Shown one piece after another: positions 34,293 through 44,822 of a DNA stretch of 64,000 nucleotides. The stretch lies in NCBI GenBank assembly GCA_963714085.1, contig OY970229.1, forward strand, positions 832,001 to 896,000, read 5' to 3'. The notes beneath the pieces are model-generated. The model was not told the DNA's origin. It did no database searches and saw nothing but the letters and a program-made list of their open reading frames with translations. Position 1 is the first letter of the stretch. Every line of letters begins with the position of its first letter. The position numbers and the translations under genes were made by a program. The stretch comes from an uncultured Candidatus Micrarchaeota archaeon. GTDB taxonomy: Archaea; Micrarchaeota; Micrarchaeia; Anstonellales; Bilamarchaeaceae.

Positions 34293-35894
34293 CTACTGAG
34301 AGATCAGCGCTTCAGCGTCGAGCTCGCAGGCGTAGACCTCGAACTCCAGCCGTTGCTGCTTCAATATCTCGTCCTTGATCTTGCCGAATACTCCTATCTT
34401 TTTGTTCCCGATGAAAACCGCGCCGGCACGCGCCGGGTCGAAAGCAGGGTGGGTGGTCTTCCCGAGCGAGAGCTCTTTCCCACATTCCCCTATCAGGGAC
34501 TGCAAATGCCCCTTCGCGGCCGAGTACTCCACCTTCCTGTCCATGATGCCGAAAACGAGCCTCTTCTTGGTCTCTTCCGCCTCGTAGACGACCCCGAGCT
34601 CGTAGAGCCTCTGGGGCAGGCCCTTGTTCTTATTGGTCTCGAACACGGCCAGCAGGTCGGCTAGCAAGGTTGGCCGTAAGCAGGTGTACTCCTCCCCAGA
34701 CGGGTTGACTATTTCCTTCACCTCGCCCACATAGCCAATCCGCGCCAGCCTTTCCTTGTTCGTCAGTATGAACGTTGTAATCTCCAGGAACCCCATGCCG
34801 CGCATGGCCGCGTCCACCGCGTTGTATTCCATGTTCCGCCTGCCTGGCGTGAAGAAGTCCGGCAGCTTCGGCACGAACTTGTTGTAGCCGTAGGCTATGG
34901 CGATGTCCTCTATCACGTCCACCTCGTGGATGACGTCCGCGCGGTAGGGCGGGGCCAGCGCGCAGCTGCCTTCCATCACGTAGCCCATCCGGCCGGCCAG
35001 CAGGATGAGGTCCTTGGCAGAGAGCTTCAGGCCGAGCAGCCTGTTCACGTGCTTCAGGTCGACCTTCATCCTCTTCGGCTTCAGGTCCGGCGTCGCTATC
35101 TTCCTGTGCGGGTACCTGACCTCCACGGAATAGACTATTCCCCCCATGTCCGCGAACATCGTGACGAGTATGTTGAGCGCGGCCGTGATGGAATTGCCGT
35201 CTATGCCGCTGACCTCTATGAAGATGTCGTTCGTCCCCAACCCGACCTGCCCGGTCTCCGCCGAGTTGACGACAGGGAGCAGCGCCATCACCTTCCCTTT
35301 CGCGTCCACGAACACGGGCCACCTGGCGAAATCCTTGATTATGTGCCCGTGCTCCAGCCCCTTGGGGTGCTTCTCCAATATCTCCGGTCCGGACGCCTCT
35401 TTCTCCCAGCCCAGCGGCCGGTAAACTATGCTTTCGGGCTTCATGGTGGTGTAACCCACGGGGAACGCGATCTTGTCCAGCGGGTAGATGCCGATGCCGA
35501 ACTTCTTCGCCCGCCTCCCGAGCGTGGCGACGAGCTTCTCCTGGACCTGCACCATGTCGATTATGCGCTCGTCCGTGAACCGCAGGCCCTTCACCACTGC
35601 GCACACGGTGTACGGCCTCACCTTCTCCACGGACGCGTCCACGTCGACGGCGTAGTCGCCCTTCTTCGCCGCGTAATGCGTTATCTCGTTCCTGTAATAC
35701 GATTTCAGCGAGCGCGAGAGGCCCTCCAGCGCGAACCAGTCCGGGCGGTTCGGCGTGAGCTCCACGAGCAGTTTCTTCGTCTCCTTCTCCTCTTCGCAGG
35801 GCGCGCCGATCTCTGTCAGCCCCTCGATTATCCTCTCCTTGGGGAACCCGCAGAGCTTTTCGAAATCCGCTATCGAGAACTCAACGACCGCCAT
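34293..35894 (-). CDS. pheT: Phenylalanyl-tRNA synthetase beta subunit
   Basis: ELTPNRPDW, VRPY, PPYRADVIHEVDVIEDIAIAYGY, LRPTLL. Confidence 0.95.
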   Translation of the reverse strand: MAVVEFSIADFEKLCGFPKERIIEGLTEIGAPCEEEKETKKLLVELTPNRPDWFALEGLSRSLKSYYRNEITHYAAKKGDYAVDVDASVEKVRPYTVCAVVKGLRFTDERIIDMVQVQEKLVATLGRRAKKFGIGIYPLDKIAFPVGYTTMKPESIVYRPLGWEKEASGPEILEKHPKGLEHGHIIKDFARWPVFVDAKGKVMALLPVVNSAETGQVGLGTNDIFIEVSGIDGNSITAALNILVTMFADMGGIVYSVEVRYPHRKIATPDLKPKRMKVDLKHVNRLLGLKLSAKDLILLAGRMGYVMEGSCALAPPYRADVIHEVDVIEDIAIAYGYNKFVPKLPDFFTPGRRNMEYNAVDAAMRGMGFLEITTFILTNKERLARIGYVGEVKEIVNPSGEEYTCLRPTLLADLLAVFETNKNKGLPQRLYELGVVYEAEETKKRLVFGIMDRKVEYSAAKGHLQSLIGECGKELSLGKTTHPAFDPARAGAVFIGNKKIGVFGKIKDEILKQQRLEFEVYACELDAEALISQ

Positions 35895-36704
35895 CTAAAC
35901 ACCCGTGCAGGCCGCGTCGGTGAAATAGTCATCGTACACGCTGCAGACGTATGCCTGTTGCTGCGGACTGTTTTTATAGTCTTTCGAAAGGTCCAGGAAG
36001 CAGGTCCGCGCCGCATCGATGCTCGCCGCGTTCGTGCAACCGAGGATCTTCGCGTTGAGCTGGTCCGAAAGGTAGTAAGCCCCGAACCCGATGGCGACCA
36101 CCAGGGACAGCGCTATCGGTATCGCCAGCGCCTTCCAGAACTCCATCTGAGGCTTCGGCGGCCAGCTCGCCTTTCCCTCCATGGCTGCTATCGCGAGCCC
36201 TCCGAAGAACCCGACGATGTGCGCGGAATGCGCTATGGAATCCGCGCTGCCAAGGTAGAAGAGCTCTATGAGCACGTATATCACCCCGACCACGTACATG
36301 GGCATGGGTATGAAGTAGAAATACACCGTGACGTTCGGCTCCAGGAGCACCAGCGCGCCTATCACGCCGTATATCGCCCCGGATGCGCCGAGCGCTCCGC
36401 TGAAAGGCGAGCTGAAGAGCATGAAACCAACGGAGCCGAGCACCCCGGACACGAAATAGATGAACAGGAACTTGGTCGTGCCCACCCGGTTCTCGAGCAT
36501 GGTCCCGAAAAAGAACAGCGCGATCATGTTGAACAGTATGTGCAGGAAATCCTCATGGCCGAACATCGAGGTGATCACGGTCCATGGGGCGTAGAGCAGG
36601 TTTATCGGGCTGAGCGTCACCAGAGGGTACACGGTGTCGGGCGCCGCCTGCTGCAGGATGAAGACAAGGACGCAGAGTATGATGAGGACGTAAGTCGCTT
36701 TCAT
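35895..36704 (-). CDS. Rhomboid intramembrane serine protease
   Basis: HILFNM, GASGA, AHIVG; C-terminal extracellular Cys domain. Confidence 0.92.
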   Translation of the reverse strand: MKATYVLIILCVLVFILQQAAPDTVYPLVTLSPINLLYAPWTVITSMFGHEDFLHILFNMIALFFFGTMLENRVGTTKFLFIYFVSGVLGSVGFMLFSSPFSGALGASGAIYGVIGALVLLEPNVTVYFYFIPMPMYVVGVIYVLIELFYLGSADSIAHSAHIVGFFGGLAIAAMEGKASWPPKPQMEFWKALAIPIALSLVVAIGFGAYYLSDQLNAKILGCTNAASIDAARTCFLDLSKDYKNSPQQQAYVCSVYDDYFTDAACTGV

Positions 36705-36717
36705 CGATCCGCACCGC

Positions 36718-38100
36718 TCATCCGCACTGGCTCGGCCATTTCCTCTCCTTGGCCAGCTGCTTGGCCATTTCGGTCGGGTAGTCCTCGTTCAGGCAGCCGG
36801 TGCACAGCGGGATCCCGAGCGTCTTCTTCAGCCCCTCGATGGAGAGGTAGCCGAGGCTGTTGGCGCCGAGATAGGTCTTTATCTCGCTTACGCTCTTCTC
36901 GTTGGCTATGAGCTCCGAGTACGTGGACATGTCCACGCCGTAGAAGCAGGGCGCCTTTATGGGCGGGCAGGTTATCCGCAGATGGACCTCCTTCGCGCCT
37001 GCGGCCCGCACCAGGCTCACTATGCCGCGCAGCGTGGTGCCCCTCACTATGCTGTCGTCGATAAGCACGACTCTTTTTCCTTCCAGCACCTCCCTGACCG
37101 GGTTGAGCTTCAGCCTGACCGCCGCGCTCCTGGCCTGCTGGTTGGGCATTATGAACGTCCTTCCGATGTACCGGTTCTTTATGAGCCCCTCCTCCACCGG
37201 AAGCCCGAACGCCTCCGCGAACGACGCGGCCGCCTGACGCGACGTGTCCGGCACCGGGACCACCACGTCCGCCTTCACCGGGTGCTCCTTCGCGAGCTCG
37301 GCGCCGAGCCTCTTGCGCGCGTCGTACACCGAGAGGCCGTTTATGATGGAATCCGGCCTGGAGAAATAGACGTACTCGAACATGCAGTGGTGCGGCTCCT
37401 TCGGCATGATCTTCTTCCTGATGAATCTCTCGCCGTCGAGCAGCGCCATCTCGCCGCCGTCGAGCACGCCCTTGTACGGGATGTCGTTTATGTCCAGGGC
37501 CACGGTCTCGGACGCGAACATGACGAAATCCTCGCTTTCGCCCCACACCAGCGGCCTGATGGCGTGCGGGTCCCTGAAGACCAGCAGCTTGGACTCGAAT
37601 ATCGCGGTGTTGGAATAAGCGCCATCCAACATCTTCATAACATGGCGCACCGCGCTCTCCGCGCCTTCGTTCCTCTTCTCGTCGAGTAGCATGGCAATGG
37701 GCTCGGTGTCCACGGTGCTCATGTAGTTCCTGCCCATCTTGGCGAACCTCTTCTTGAGCGCCACGTAATTGGCGAGGTGGCCGTTGTGCGCCACCGCGAT
37801 GCCCGCATAGAGCGTGGGCTGGACGTCGCACAGCTCGCACTTCCCGCTGGTCGGATACCGCGTGTGCCCGATGCCGACCCTGCCCTCTATCTCGAGGTCC
37901 TCCTCCTTGAACACCTCGCGCACCAATCCCAGGCCCTTGCGCACCTCTATCTTCCCGTCCGGGGCGACCACCGCGAAGCCTGCCGCGTCCTGGCCCCTGT
38001 GCTGGAGCGCCATCAGCGCGTTGTAGAGCAGAGGGGCGACGCTCAGCCCTTTTTTGGATACTACGCCTACCATCCCGCATTCTTCCTTGGTATCTTCCAC
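36718..38100 (-). CDS. purF: Amidophosphoribosyltransferase
   Basis: EECG, LQHRGQ, GHTRY, CMFEYVYF, DDSIVRGTT; GTG 38100 with GGTGA RBS. Confidence 0.96.
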   Translation of the reverse strand: MEDTKEECGMVGVVSKKGLSVAPLLYNALMALQHRGQDAAGFAVVAPDGKIEVRKGLGLVREVFKEEDLEIEGRVGIGHTRYPTSGKCELCDVQPTLYAGIAVAHNGHLANYVALKKRFAKMGRNYMSTVDTEPIAMLLDEKRNEGAESAVRHVMKMLDGAYSNTAIFESKLLVFRDPHAIRPLVWGESEDFVMFASETVALDINDIPYKGVLDGGEMALLDGERFIRKKIMPKEPHHCMFEYVYFSRPDSIINGLSVYDARKRLGAELAKEHPVKADVVVPVPDTSRQAAASFAEAFGLPVEEGLIKNRYIGRTFIMPNQQARSAAVRLKLNPVREVLEGKRVVLIDDSIVRGTTLRGIVSLVRAAGAKEVHLRITCPPIKAPCFYGVDMSTYSELIANEKSVSEIKTYLGANSLGYLSIEGLKKTLGIPLCTGCLNEDYPTEMAKQLAKERKWPSQCG

Positions 38101-38258
38101 AGATTCACCGCCGATAAGGCTAATTAGCCGCAACCCTTTTTTAAAATGCCACGGGAACCGGAAAACGCGAAGCAGCGCGATAAGCCGCAGCGTCGTTGGA
38201 ATCCCCTCCAATGCCAGCTTATTTAAACATTCGTTACCATAGTATATATGGTGAAAAG

Positions 38259-38924
38259 ATGATTGGTGTGTTTAAAGAGATGTCGCCCCAGGAATCCGCG
38301 CTTGGATTCTATTCCAAGATGTCTACGGAACAGATAAACCAGATCCAAGCCAAGGTGACCCAGGTCTTGAACACGTACGGCTTCAATATGACGATGCCGA
38401 TGAAGCCCGGCGTGGCGGACCCGAACATGGTCGCGAACGTGCAGTCGGCCCAGGTCGCCCTCGGCGTGCAGAAGCTGGACGGCAAATGGGGTAAAAGCAC
38501 CGATGCCCGGAACGACAAGTTCGTCCAGGGGCAGACGATTGCGCAGAAAAGCCTCGAAAGCGTGAAAGCCATCGGCGTTGGCAGCCGCGAGTACGCGACT
38601 GGGCGCATCGCCGGCGTGGTGCCTGAACCTACGGCCATAGCGGCCCGCGAAGCCAGCCAAAAGCCGAAAACCACGGAGCAGGTGGCGTACAAGATCACCC
38701 TGAGCGTGAGCGAGACTGGCATGAGCCCGACAGAGATTACCCTTAGGAGCGCCAAGCCATACGACGCCCTGAAACCTGCGGAACAGCGGGAACTCGCTAC
38801 CCGTGCCTTGAAAATGGCGCACGAGAAGCAATTCGGTGTCGCGGCGGCAGCCCACGATTTCATGAACCCCGACGCAACAGCCGCCGAGATACGCCACATC
38901 AAGACCGAAAAAATAAGCGGTTGA
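38259..38924 (+). CDS. Hypothetical protein with a peptidoglycan-binding-like motif
   Basis: GGTGA RBS; VQSAQVALGVQKLDGKWGKST. Confidence 0.55.
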   Translation: MIGVFKEMSPQESALGFYSKMSTEQINQIQAKVTQVLNTYGFNMTMPMKPGVADPNMVANVQSAQVALGVQKLDGKWGKSTDARNDKFVQGQTIAQKSLESVKAIGVGSREYATGRIAGVVPEPTAIAAREASQKPKTTEQVAYKITLSVSETGMSPTEITLRSAKPYDALKPAEQRELATRALKMAHEKQFGVAAAAHDFMNPDATAAEIRHIKTEKISG

Positions 38925-38971
38925 GCGTGCTTGTTTCCTGGACTGTCTTTTTCCTTTCTTCCTGAACAAAC

Positions 38972-39799
38972 CTATCTGATTTTTTTCGTCACCGGAGTCT
39001 CCTGCTCCGGCAGGCAGCGGATTAGCAGCGCATCGACGGATTCCCCGTCCTTGTCGAGTCCCGCGCATACGTCTTCCTGCCTCTTCGTGTTTTTAGTCCG
39101 CCCGCATTCGATCGAGACGGCGCCGCCGTTCAGCTTATCCTCCATCACAGTGGGCTTACCGCGGCAGTCGTTGAATGAAAGCGTAACGCGGCCGGTCTGG
39201 GGGAAAAGCACGTACGTATACGGTCCGCTCCTTCCGATGGCGGCCTGGGTCATGGGGGTTGCTTCCGGAGGCCTTTGAGAGGTCCATTTCCTCACGGTGC
39301 CGTCGTCATCGAAATCAAAGGACGCCGTGCGCCCGTCCGTGAAAGCCGCTTCCGCTTCCCTGCCTCCATCGAAAAACGCGACCCCTATCGCCAGCCTGTC
39401 AAAATCCACGGTGCTCGGGATGGCACCGTCCTTGAACGAGGCCGGAGGGCCATAAACATCTATGCCGCCCGGGTAGGCGATCCGCACCCAGCCCTGGGAA
39501 CAGGACAACTCTATCGGGGCAACCCCCGAAGCCCCGGCCCCTGTTTTCGGCAGCTGGCTTGCCCTGGCCTCCGCGTTTGTTTTTACGACCAGCTTGCCTT
39601 TATCGATCTCGCACGTGCCGCCCTCCCATTTGGAAGATAGCTTGCGGCCGCCCGTTTTTCCGATCTTGCCATCCACCATCGGGGTTCCGGATATCGCCGC
39701 GCTCGCTGAAATCTTCATCCCGCCGGACGGCACGGCCGCTGAGGGCTTTGAGGATAAGAGAAGCAATCCTAATGTAGCAATAGCCAGTTTCCTCTGCAT
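38972..39799 (-). CDS. Hypothetical secreted protein
   Basis: Signal-peptide-like MQRKLAIATLGLLLLSS; beta-rich with several Cys. Confidence 0.6.
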   Translation of the reverse strand: MQRKLAIATLGLLLLSSKPSAAVPSGGMKISASAAISGTPMVDGKIGKTGGRKLSSKWEGGTCEIDKGKLVVKTNAEARASQLPKTGAGASGVAPIELSCSQGWVRIAYPGGIDVYGPPASFKDGAIPSTVDFDRLAIGVAFFDGGREAEAAFTDGRTASFDFDDDGTVRKWTSQRPPEATPMTQAAIGRSGPYTYVLFPQTGRVTLSFNDCRGKPTVMEDKLNGGAVSIECGRTKNTKRQEDVCAGLDKDGESVDALLIRCLPEQETPVTKKIR

Positions 39800-39903
39800 C
39801 GAACCATCCGAACCCTGCGATTAGTATACTTAGTGTGGTTATATTTAAAAAGATATGTTCCAACGACCGCGCATTCCGCCGTCCGTCCAAAATCCGCGCC
39901 TTG

Positions 39904-40209
39904 TCAGCCAGTCTCCGGCTCCTTTTTCGGAACCGTGTTCGTGAGCAGGTATATGACGACTGCAACCAGGACCGTTATCACGAGCGCAACCACGATCTCG
40001 TAGCTCCAGGCGCCGCTGATCGGTATGAGCGTCTTTATCGTGTCTGTTATCGCCGTCTGCCAGAAAAGCGCCGCCACCAGCGCCAGCGCGGTCGTTATCA
40101 CGGTTATCATCCGGGTCTTCACCTCGTCCCGGACTTCGCGTGCCATCTCATGCCTCTCGACTTTCTTCTCTATCTTCTCTTCCGGTTCCTTTGTTGTCTT
40201 GCCTGCCAT
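39904..40209 (-). CDS. Small 2-TM membrane protein (DUF5654-like)
   Basis: ITTALALVAALFWQTAI motif. Confidence 0.7.
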   Translation of the reverse strand: MAGKTTKEPEEKIEKKVERHEMAREVRDEVKTRMITVITTALALVAALFWQTAITDTIKTLIPISGAWSYEIVVALVITVLVAVVIYLLTNTVPKKEPETG

Positions 40210-40293
40210 GCAAACGATTGCCTAGCCATGGTTTTAAATTACATCGGACGATAATCTTCCACATAGACGAATCTACCACTCAAAGGTATCCAC

Positions 40294-41457
40294 ATGAGAA
40301 AAGTCGCGATAATAGGCTGCGGGATGACGAAGTTCGGGGAGCACTGGGACGTCGGCCTGAGGGACATGGTCGTCGAGGCCGGCCTCAGGGCGCTTCAGGA
40401 CGCAAGCCTCCCGGGCGAGAAGATAGACGCCGGCTACATCGGCACAATGGCATCAGGCTCGTTCATAGGCCAGGAGCATATAGGCGCGCTAATCGCGGAC
40501 TACATGGGGCTCAACCCCATCCCGATCACCCGCGTGGAGGGCGCCTGCGCTTCCGGCTCCCTCGCCCTGCGCCAGGGCTTCATGGCAGTGGCCTCCGGGC
40601 TCCATGACATCGTGGTCGTGGGCGGCGTCGAGAAGATGACCGACCTGGACGCAAGCATGGTCACCGACGTGCTCGGCGGCGCCGGGGACCAGGAGTGGGA
40701 GCTTTTCATGGGCGCCACCTTCCCGGGCATATACGCGCTCATGGCCAGGAGGCACATGTACGAGTTCGGCACCACCGAGGAGATGATGGCCTCAGTCGCG
40801 GTGAAGAACCACAAAAATGGCTCGAAGAACAAATACGCCCAGTACCAGAACGAGATCACGATGGAGACAGTGCTGAAATCCAAGACCGTCGCCTCGCCTC
40901 TCAAGGTTTTCGACTGCTCCCCTGTGACCGACGGCGCCGCGGCGCTCGTGCTCGCACCGCTGGAGATTGCCTCGAGCTTCACGAAGAAGCCGGTGGAGAT
41001 CCTCGCATCCGCCCAGGCTTCGGACACCATCGCGCTGCATTCCCGCCAGACCCTGACCGGCATAAACGCCACGAAAATCGCGGCGGACAAGGCGTACAAG
41101 ATGGCGAACGTTTCCACGAAGGACATAGACGTGGTCGAGGTCCACGACTGCTTCACCATCGCTGAGATAATGGCCATAGAGGACCTTGGGTTCTTCAAGA
41201 AGGGCGAGGGCGGCAGGGCGTCGCTCGAAGGCAGGACCGCGATCGGCGCCGAGATCCCTGTAAACACCTCCGGCGGCCTCAAGGCGTGCGGCCATCCGGT
41301 CGGAGCGACCGGAGTGAAGCAGGCGATAGAAGTGACCTGGCAGCTGCGCAACGAGGCCGAGGGAAGGCAGGTCAAGGACGCGGAGATCGGCATGACGCAC
41401 AACGTCGGCGGCTCGGGTGCCACGGCGGTCGTGCACATATTCGGGAAGGGGAACTGA
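40294..41457 (+). CDS. Acetyl-CoA acetyltransferase (archaeal thiolase)
   Basis: [42 protein letters not shown]. Confidence 0.95.
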   Translation: MRKVAIIGCGMTKFGEHWDVGLRDMVVEAGLRALQDASLPGEKIDAGYIGTMASGSFIGQEHIGALIADYMGLNPIPITRVEGACASGSLALRQGFMAVASGLHDIVVVGGVEKMTDLDASMVTDVLGGAGDQEWELFMGATFPGIYALMARRHMYEFGTTEEMMASVAVKNHKNGSKNKYAQYQNEITMETVLKSKTVASPLKVFDCSPVTDGAAALVLAPLEIASSFTKKPVEILASAQASDTIALHSRQTLTGINATKIAADKAYKMANVSTKDIDVVEVHDCFTIAEIMAIEDLGFFKKGEGGRASLEGRTAIGAEIPVNTSGGLKACGHPVGATGVKQAIEVTWQLRNEAEGRQVKDAEIGMTHNVGGSGATAVVHIFGKGN

Positions 41458-41487
41458 TCCGGTCAAATCGAATATCCTGGTGATTCC

Positions 41488-41697
41488 ATGGCAACGGTCT
41501 TACAAAAAACATTAGACGTGAAAAAACCGCCGGCTCCGGAAGGTTCTTCGACACCCCGGCGGCGCAGCAGCTTTCACAGCGATGACATCCGAGAGCACAT
41601 CGCAGATGAAACAAGCCGGGGTTGCTTCGGCAGGACGACCTGGGGCATGCACATCTGCCTCGAAACCATAGAACGAGGGCAATTCAGGCGCCCCTAG
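41488..41697 (+). CDS. Small hypothetical protein
   Basis: GGTGA RBS upstream; no motif. Confidence 0.35.
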   Translation: MATVLQKTLDVKKPPAPEGSSTPRRRSSFHSDDIREHIADETSRGCFGRTTWGMHICLETIERGQFRRP

Positions 41698-41916
41698 CAA
41701 CCGAGAGATCGTGGCAGCGGGCCGATGATGGAACCAAACGAGCCCAGCTTTTCCCAGGGCCCCGAAGCAGCGCCCCGCATATCCCTTTATAACCTCTTTT
41801 CTATACAATCAAATCACACGTGAGGAGGAGCAATAAGTTTCCAGCTCCCAGCAAGGCCCTGGTTTTCACAAGACGTAACAAAGACGCAGGGCTTCTGGGT
41901 TTGGGGGACTGAGCGT

Positions 41917-42552
41917 ATGCCTTTAGAGGTAATTCCAGCCATCCTTGTGAAAGACCGCAGCGAAATGCTGCGCAGGATAGCTGCCGTCTCGCCTCACGTG
42001 AAAACCGTCCACATCGACGTCATGGACAACGTGTTCGTGCCGAACAAGACCGTGGGCCTCGAATCCTTCTTCGATTTGCCCTCTGGCGTCCATTACGAGT
42101 TCCACTGGATGGTCGAGCACCCCGAATCCTACATCGTGAAACTCCCGGGCCCTTACCTCCACATCGTCCACTACGAGGCGGTGAAGGACTGGAAGGCCGT
42201 CGAGGAGGCGGTGCGCAGGTCAGGGGGCACGCTCGGCATCGCGTTCAGCCCCGCGACCCCTACGGAGGGTATAATCAAGCTCGCGCCAAAGGCCAAGCGG
42301 CTTCTCGTGATGGCAGTGATACCCGGGTTCGACGGCCAGAAGTACATGACCGAGGTAGAAAGCAAGATAAGCGAGCTGCGCTCCAGGTTCCCGGACATGG
42401 AGATCGAGGTCGACGGCGGCATAACCCCGGAGACCGCGCCGAGAGCGGTCAGGGCCGGGGCGGACAAGCTCGCTGCGTCCTCGGCGATATTCAAGAACGA
42501 GGACAAGAAGCTCGCGATCGCGATGATATTGAAGGGCTGCAAGGGTGGTTGA
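41917..42552 (+). CDS. rpe: Ribulose-phosphate 3-epimerase
   Basis: HIDVMDNVFVPN, HWMV, MAVIPGFDGQ, EVDGGI. Confidence 0.93.
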   Translation: MPLEVIPAILVKDRSEMLRRIAAVSPHVKTVHIDVMDNVFVPNKTVGLESFFDLPSGVHYEFHWMVEHPESYIVKLPGPYLHIVHYEAVKDWKAVEEAVRRSGGTLGIAFSPATPTEGIIKLAPKAKRLLVMAVIPGFDGQKYMTEVESKISELRSRFPDMEIEVDGGITPETAPRAVRAGADKLAASSAIFKNEDKKLAIAMILKGCKGG

Positions 42553-43416
42553 ATGCCGGACCGGTTCAGGATAACGAGCATGAAGAAGCTGAAGCTCATC
42601 GCGAACACCATAAGGCAGGACGTGGTGCGCATGCTTTTCGAGGCCAAATCAGGCCATTCAGCCGGCTCCATCGGCCTGGCCGACATATTCACGGCGCTCT
42701 ACTTCAACGTGCTCTACCATGACCCGAAGAATCCGAACTGGCCTGAGCGGGATAGGATGATCCTCAGCAACGGACACGTCTGCCCGGTCCTGTACGCCGC
42801 GCTCGCGAACGCGGGCTATTTCCCGAAGGAGGAGCTGCTCACCCTGAGGAAGCTCGGCTCCAGGCTGCAGGGCCACCCGCACAGGGGCATGCTCCCTGGC
42901 ATAGAGAACACATCTGGCCCGCTCGGCCAGGGCCTCTCCCAGGCAGTCGGCATGGCGCTCGTCTCCAGGTCCGAGCGCAGGAAGTGGCGCGTCTACTGCG
43001 TGTGCTCGGACGGCGAGCACCAGGAGGGCCAGATTTGGGAGGCGGCCATGCTCGCGGGCAAGTACCGGCTGGGCAACCTCACGGCCATCCTCGACCGGAA
43101 CAACATCCAGATAGACGGCTACACCGAGGAGGTGTGCCCGCTCGAGCCGCTCGCGGAGAAATACCGCTCGTTCGGCTGGCACGTGATAGACGTGGACGGC
43201 CATAACATCAAGAAGATCATAGACGCCTGCGAGGAGTCGCGCGCGGTGTACGAGAAGCCAACCATGATAATCGCGCACACCATCCCGGGCAAGGCGATAT
43301 CGTTCATGGAATTCCTGGCAGAGTGGCACGGCAAGTCCCCCAAGAAGGAGGAGCTCGACACCGCTTTGGCAGAGCTGCAGAAGCAGAGGGACGCGGTGGA
43401 GACCGAGGATTACTGA
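42553..43416 (+). CDS. Transketolase, N-terminal (TPP-binding) subunit
   Basis: SGH, RDRMILSNGH, LQGHP, GPLGQG, DGEHQEG..WEA. Confidence 0.95.
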   Translation: MPDRFRITSMKKLKLIANTIRQDVVRMLFEAKSGHSAGSIGLADIFTALYFNVLYHDPKNPNWPERDRMILSNGHVCPVLYAALANAGYFPKEELLTLRKLGSRLQGHPHRGMLPGIENTSGPLGQGLSQAVGMALVSRSERRKWRVYCVCSDGEHQEGQIWEAAMLAGKYRLGNLTAILDRNNIQIDGYTEEVCPLEPLAEKYRSFGWHVIDVDGHNIKKIIDACEESRAVYEKPTMIIAHTIPGKAISFMEFLAEWHGKSPKKEELDTALAELQKQRDAVETEDY

Positions 43417-43420
43417 GCTG

Positions 43421-44419
43421 ATGAGCATGGCAATACGCGCTGACATGAACCTGGTCGACCCGCTTTTCGAGCCTGCGCCCAAGGCAGCCCCGAGCCGCGA
43501 CGGTTTCGGCAAGGCGCTCGTGGAGCTCGGAGAGAAGGACCCGAACGTCTGGGTGGCAACCGCGGACGTCTCGGAATCCACGCGCACCCACTGGTTCGCG
43601 GAGAAATTCCCGAAAAGGTTCGTCCAGACCGGAGTCGCGGAGCAGAACCTCGCAGGTGTGGCAGCAGGCATCGCGGCCTGCGGCAAGACCGTCTTCATGT
43701 CCGCCTACGCCGTCTTCTCGCCAGGGCGCAACTGGGACCAGGTGCGCGTCTCGATATGCTACAACGACGTGCCAGTGAAGATCCACGGCTCGCACAGCGG
43801 CCTCACCGTGGGCCCGGACGGCGCGTCCCACCAGGCGCTGGAGGACATAGCCATCACCCGCGTGCTGCCGAACATGGTCGTGCTCGCCCCGGCAGACGCT
43901 GAGGAGGCGCGCAAGGCGGCGCTCGCGGCCGCGAAGCTGCCAGGCCCTGTGTACGTCCGCACATGCAGGGAGAAGATGCCGGTCTTCACGACGGATAAGA
44001 CGCCTTTCGAGGTCGGGAAGGCGAACGTCTACCGCGACGGCGCCGACGTCGCGATATTCGCCTGCGGCGCAGAGGTCTACGAGGCGCTCAAGGCTGCGGA
44101 GGAGCTCTCCAAAGAAGGCATAGACGCCGCCGTGATAGACCTTCACACCATAAAGCCCATAGATTCGGCCGCGATAGAGGAATGGGCGAGGAAGACGGGC
44201 CTGCTCGTCAGCGTGGAGGACCACCAGGTGAACGGGGGCATGGGGAGCGCGGTGGCCGAGGTCGTGTCATCGACGTATCCCGTCCCGGTCGTACGCCACG
44301 GAATCTACGACCGGTTCTGCGAGTCCGGCGAGCCTCTCGAGCTGCTCAAGAAATACAAGCTCGATAGCGCCGGGATAGCCGAAGTCGTCAGGAAGGCGAT
44401 GGAGAGAAAAAAACAGTAG
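43421..44419 (+). CDS. Transketolase, C-terminal subunit
   Basis: GVAEQNL, GPDGASHQ, GPVYVR, TIKPID, VEDH. Confidence 0.95.
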   Translation: MSMAIRADMNLVDPLFEPAPKAAPSRDGFGKALVELGEKDPNVWVATADVSESTRTHWFAEKFPKRFVQTGVAEQNLAGVAAGIAACGKTVFMSAYAVFSPGRNWDQVRVSICYNDVPVKIHGSHSGLTVGPDGASHQALEDIAITRVLPNMVVLAPADAEEARKAALAAAKLPGPVYVRTCREKMPVFTTDKTPFEVGKANVYRDGADVAIFACGAEVYEALKAAEELSKEGIDAAVIDLHTIKPIDSAAIEEWARKTGLLVSVEDHQVNGGMGSAVAEVVSSTYPVPVVRHGIYDRFCESGEPLELLKKYKLDSAGIAEVVRKAMERKKQ

Positions 44420-44429
44420 GGGTGATTTT

Positions 44430-44735
44430 TTGGGTGTGATGCAGGAGTTCAAGGAGTTCCTCGAGGAGTACAAGGTCATGGGGCTCGCGATCGCGTTCAT
44501 AATCGGAGCGGCCACGACCACGCTGGTGCAGTCTCTGGTGAACAGCATAATCATGCCTTTCGTTGGCGTCCTCATACCCAACGGAAACTGGCAGACCGCG
44601 GTCTATTCGCTGGGCCCGGTGAAACTGCTCCTCGGCGCGTTCCTGTCCGCGGTGCTCAACTTCGTGATAATCGCGTTAGTGGTCTTCATGATGGCCAAGA
44701 TTGTGATGAAGGAGGACAAGGTCACGAAGAAATAG
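44430..44735 (+). CDS. mscL: Large-conductance mechanosensitive channel
   Basis: EFKEFL...GLAIAFIIGAA...LVNSIIMP...GAFLSAVLNFVIIA. Confidence 0.9.
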   Translation: MGVMQEFKEFLEEYKVMGLAIAFIIGAATTTLVQSLVNSIIMPFVGVLIPNGNWQTAVYSLGPVKLLLGAFLSAVLNFVIIALVVFMMAKIVMKEDKVTKK

Positions 44736-44822
44736 GGGCTCATCCGCTTCATCCGCAGTTCGCGACGCGGTAGGAGCGGTTTTTAGCTTTATTCCTTCAT
44801 TAATGAATACGCGGGTGTTTGC

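Noticed and set aside
34926..36911. 661-aa plus-strand ORF and many other long overlapping ORFs
   Set aside because: These are antisense or alternate-frame shadows of well-supported genes, caused by high GC3; they show no motifs.
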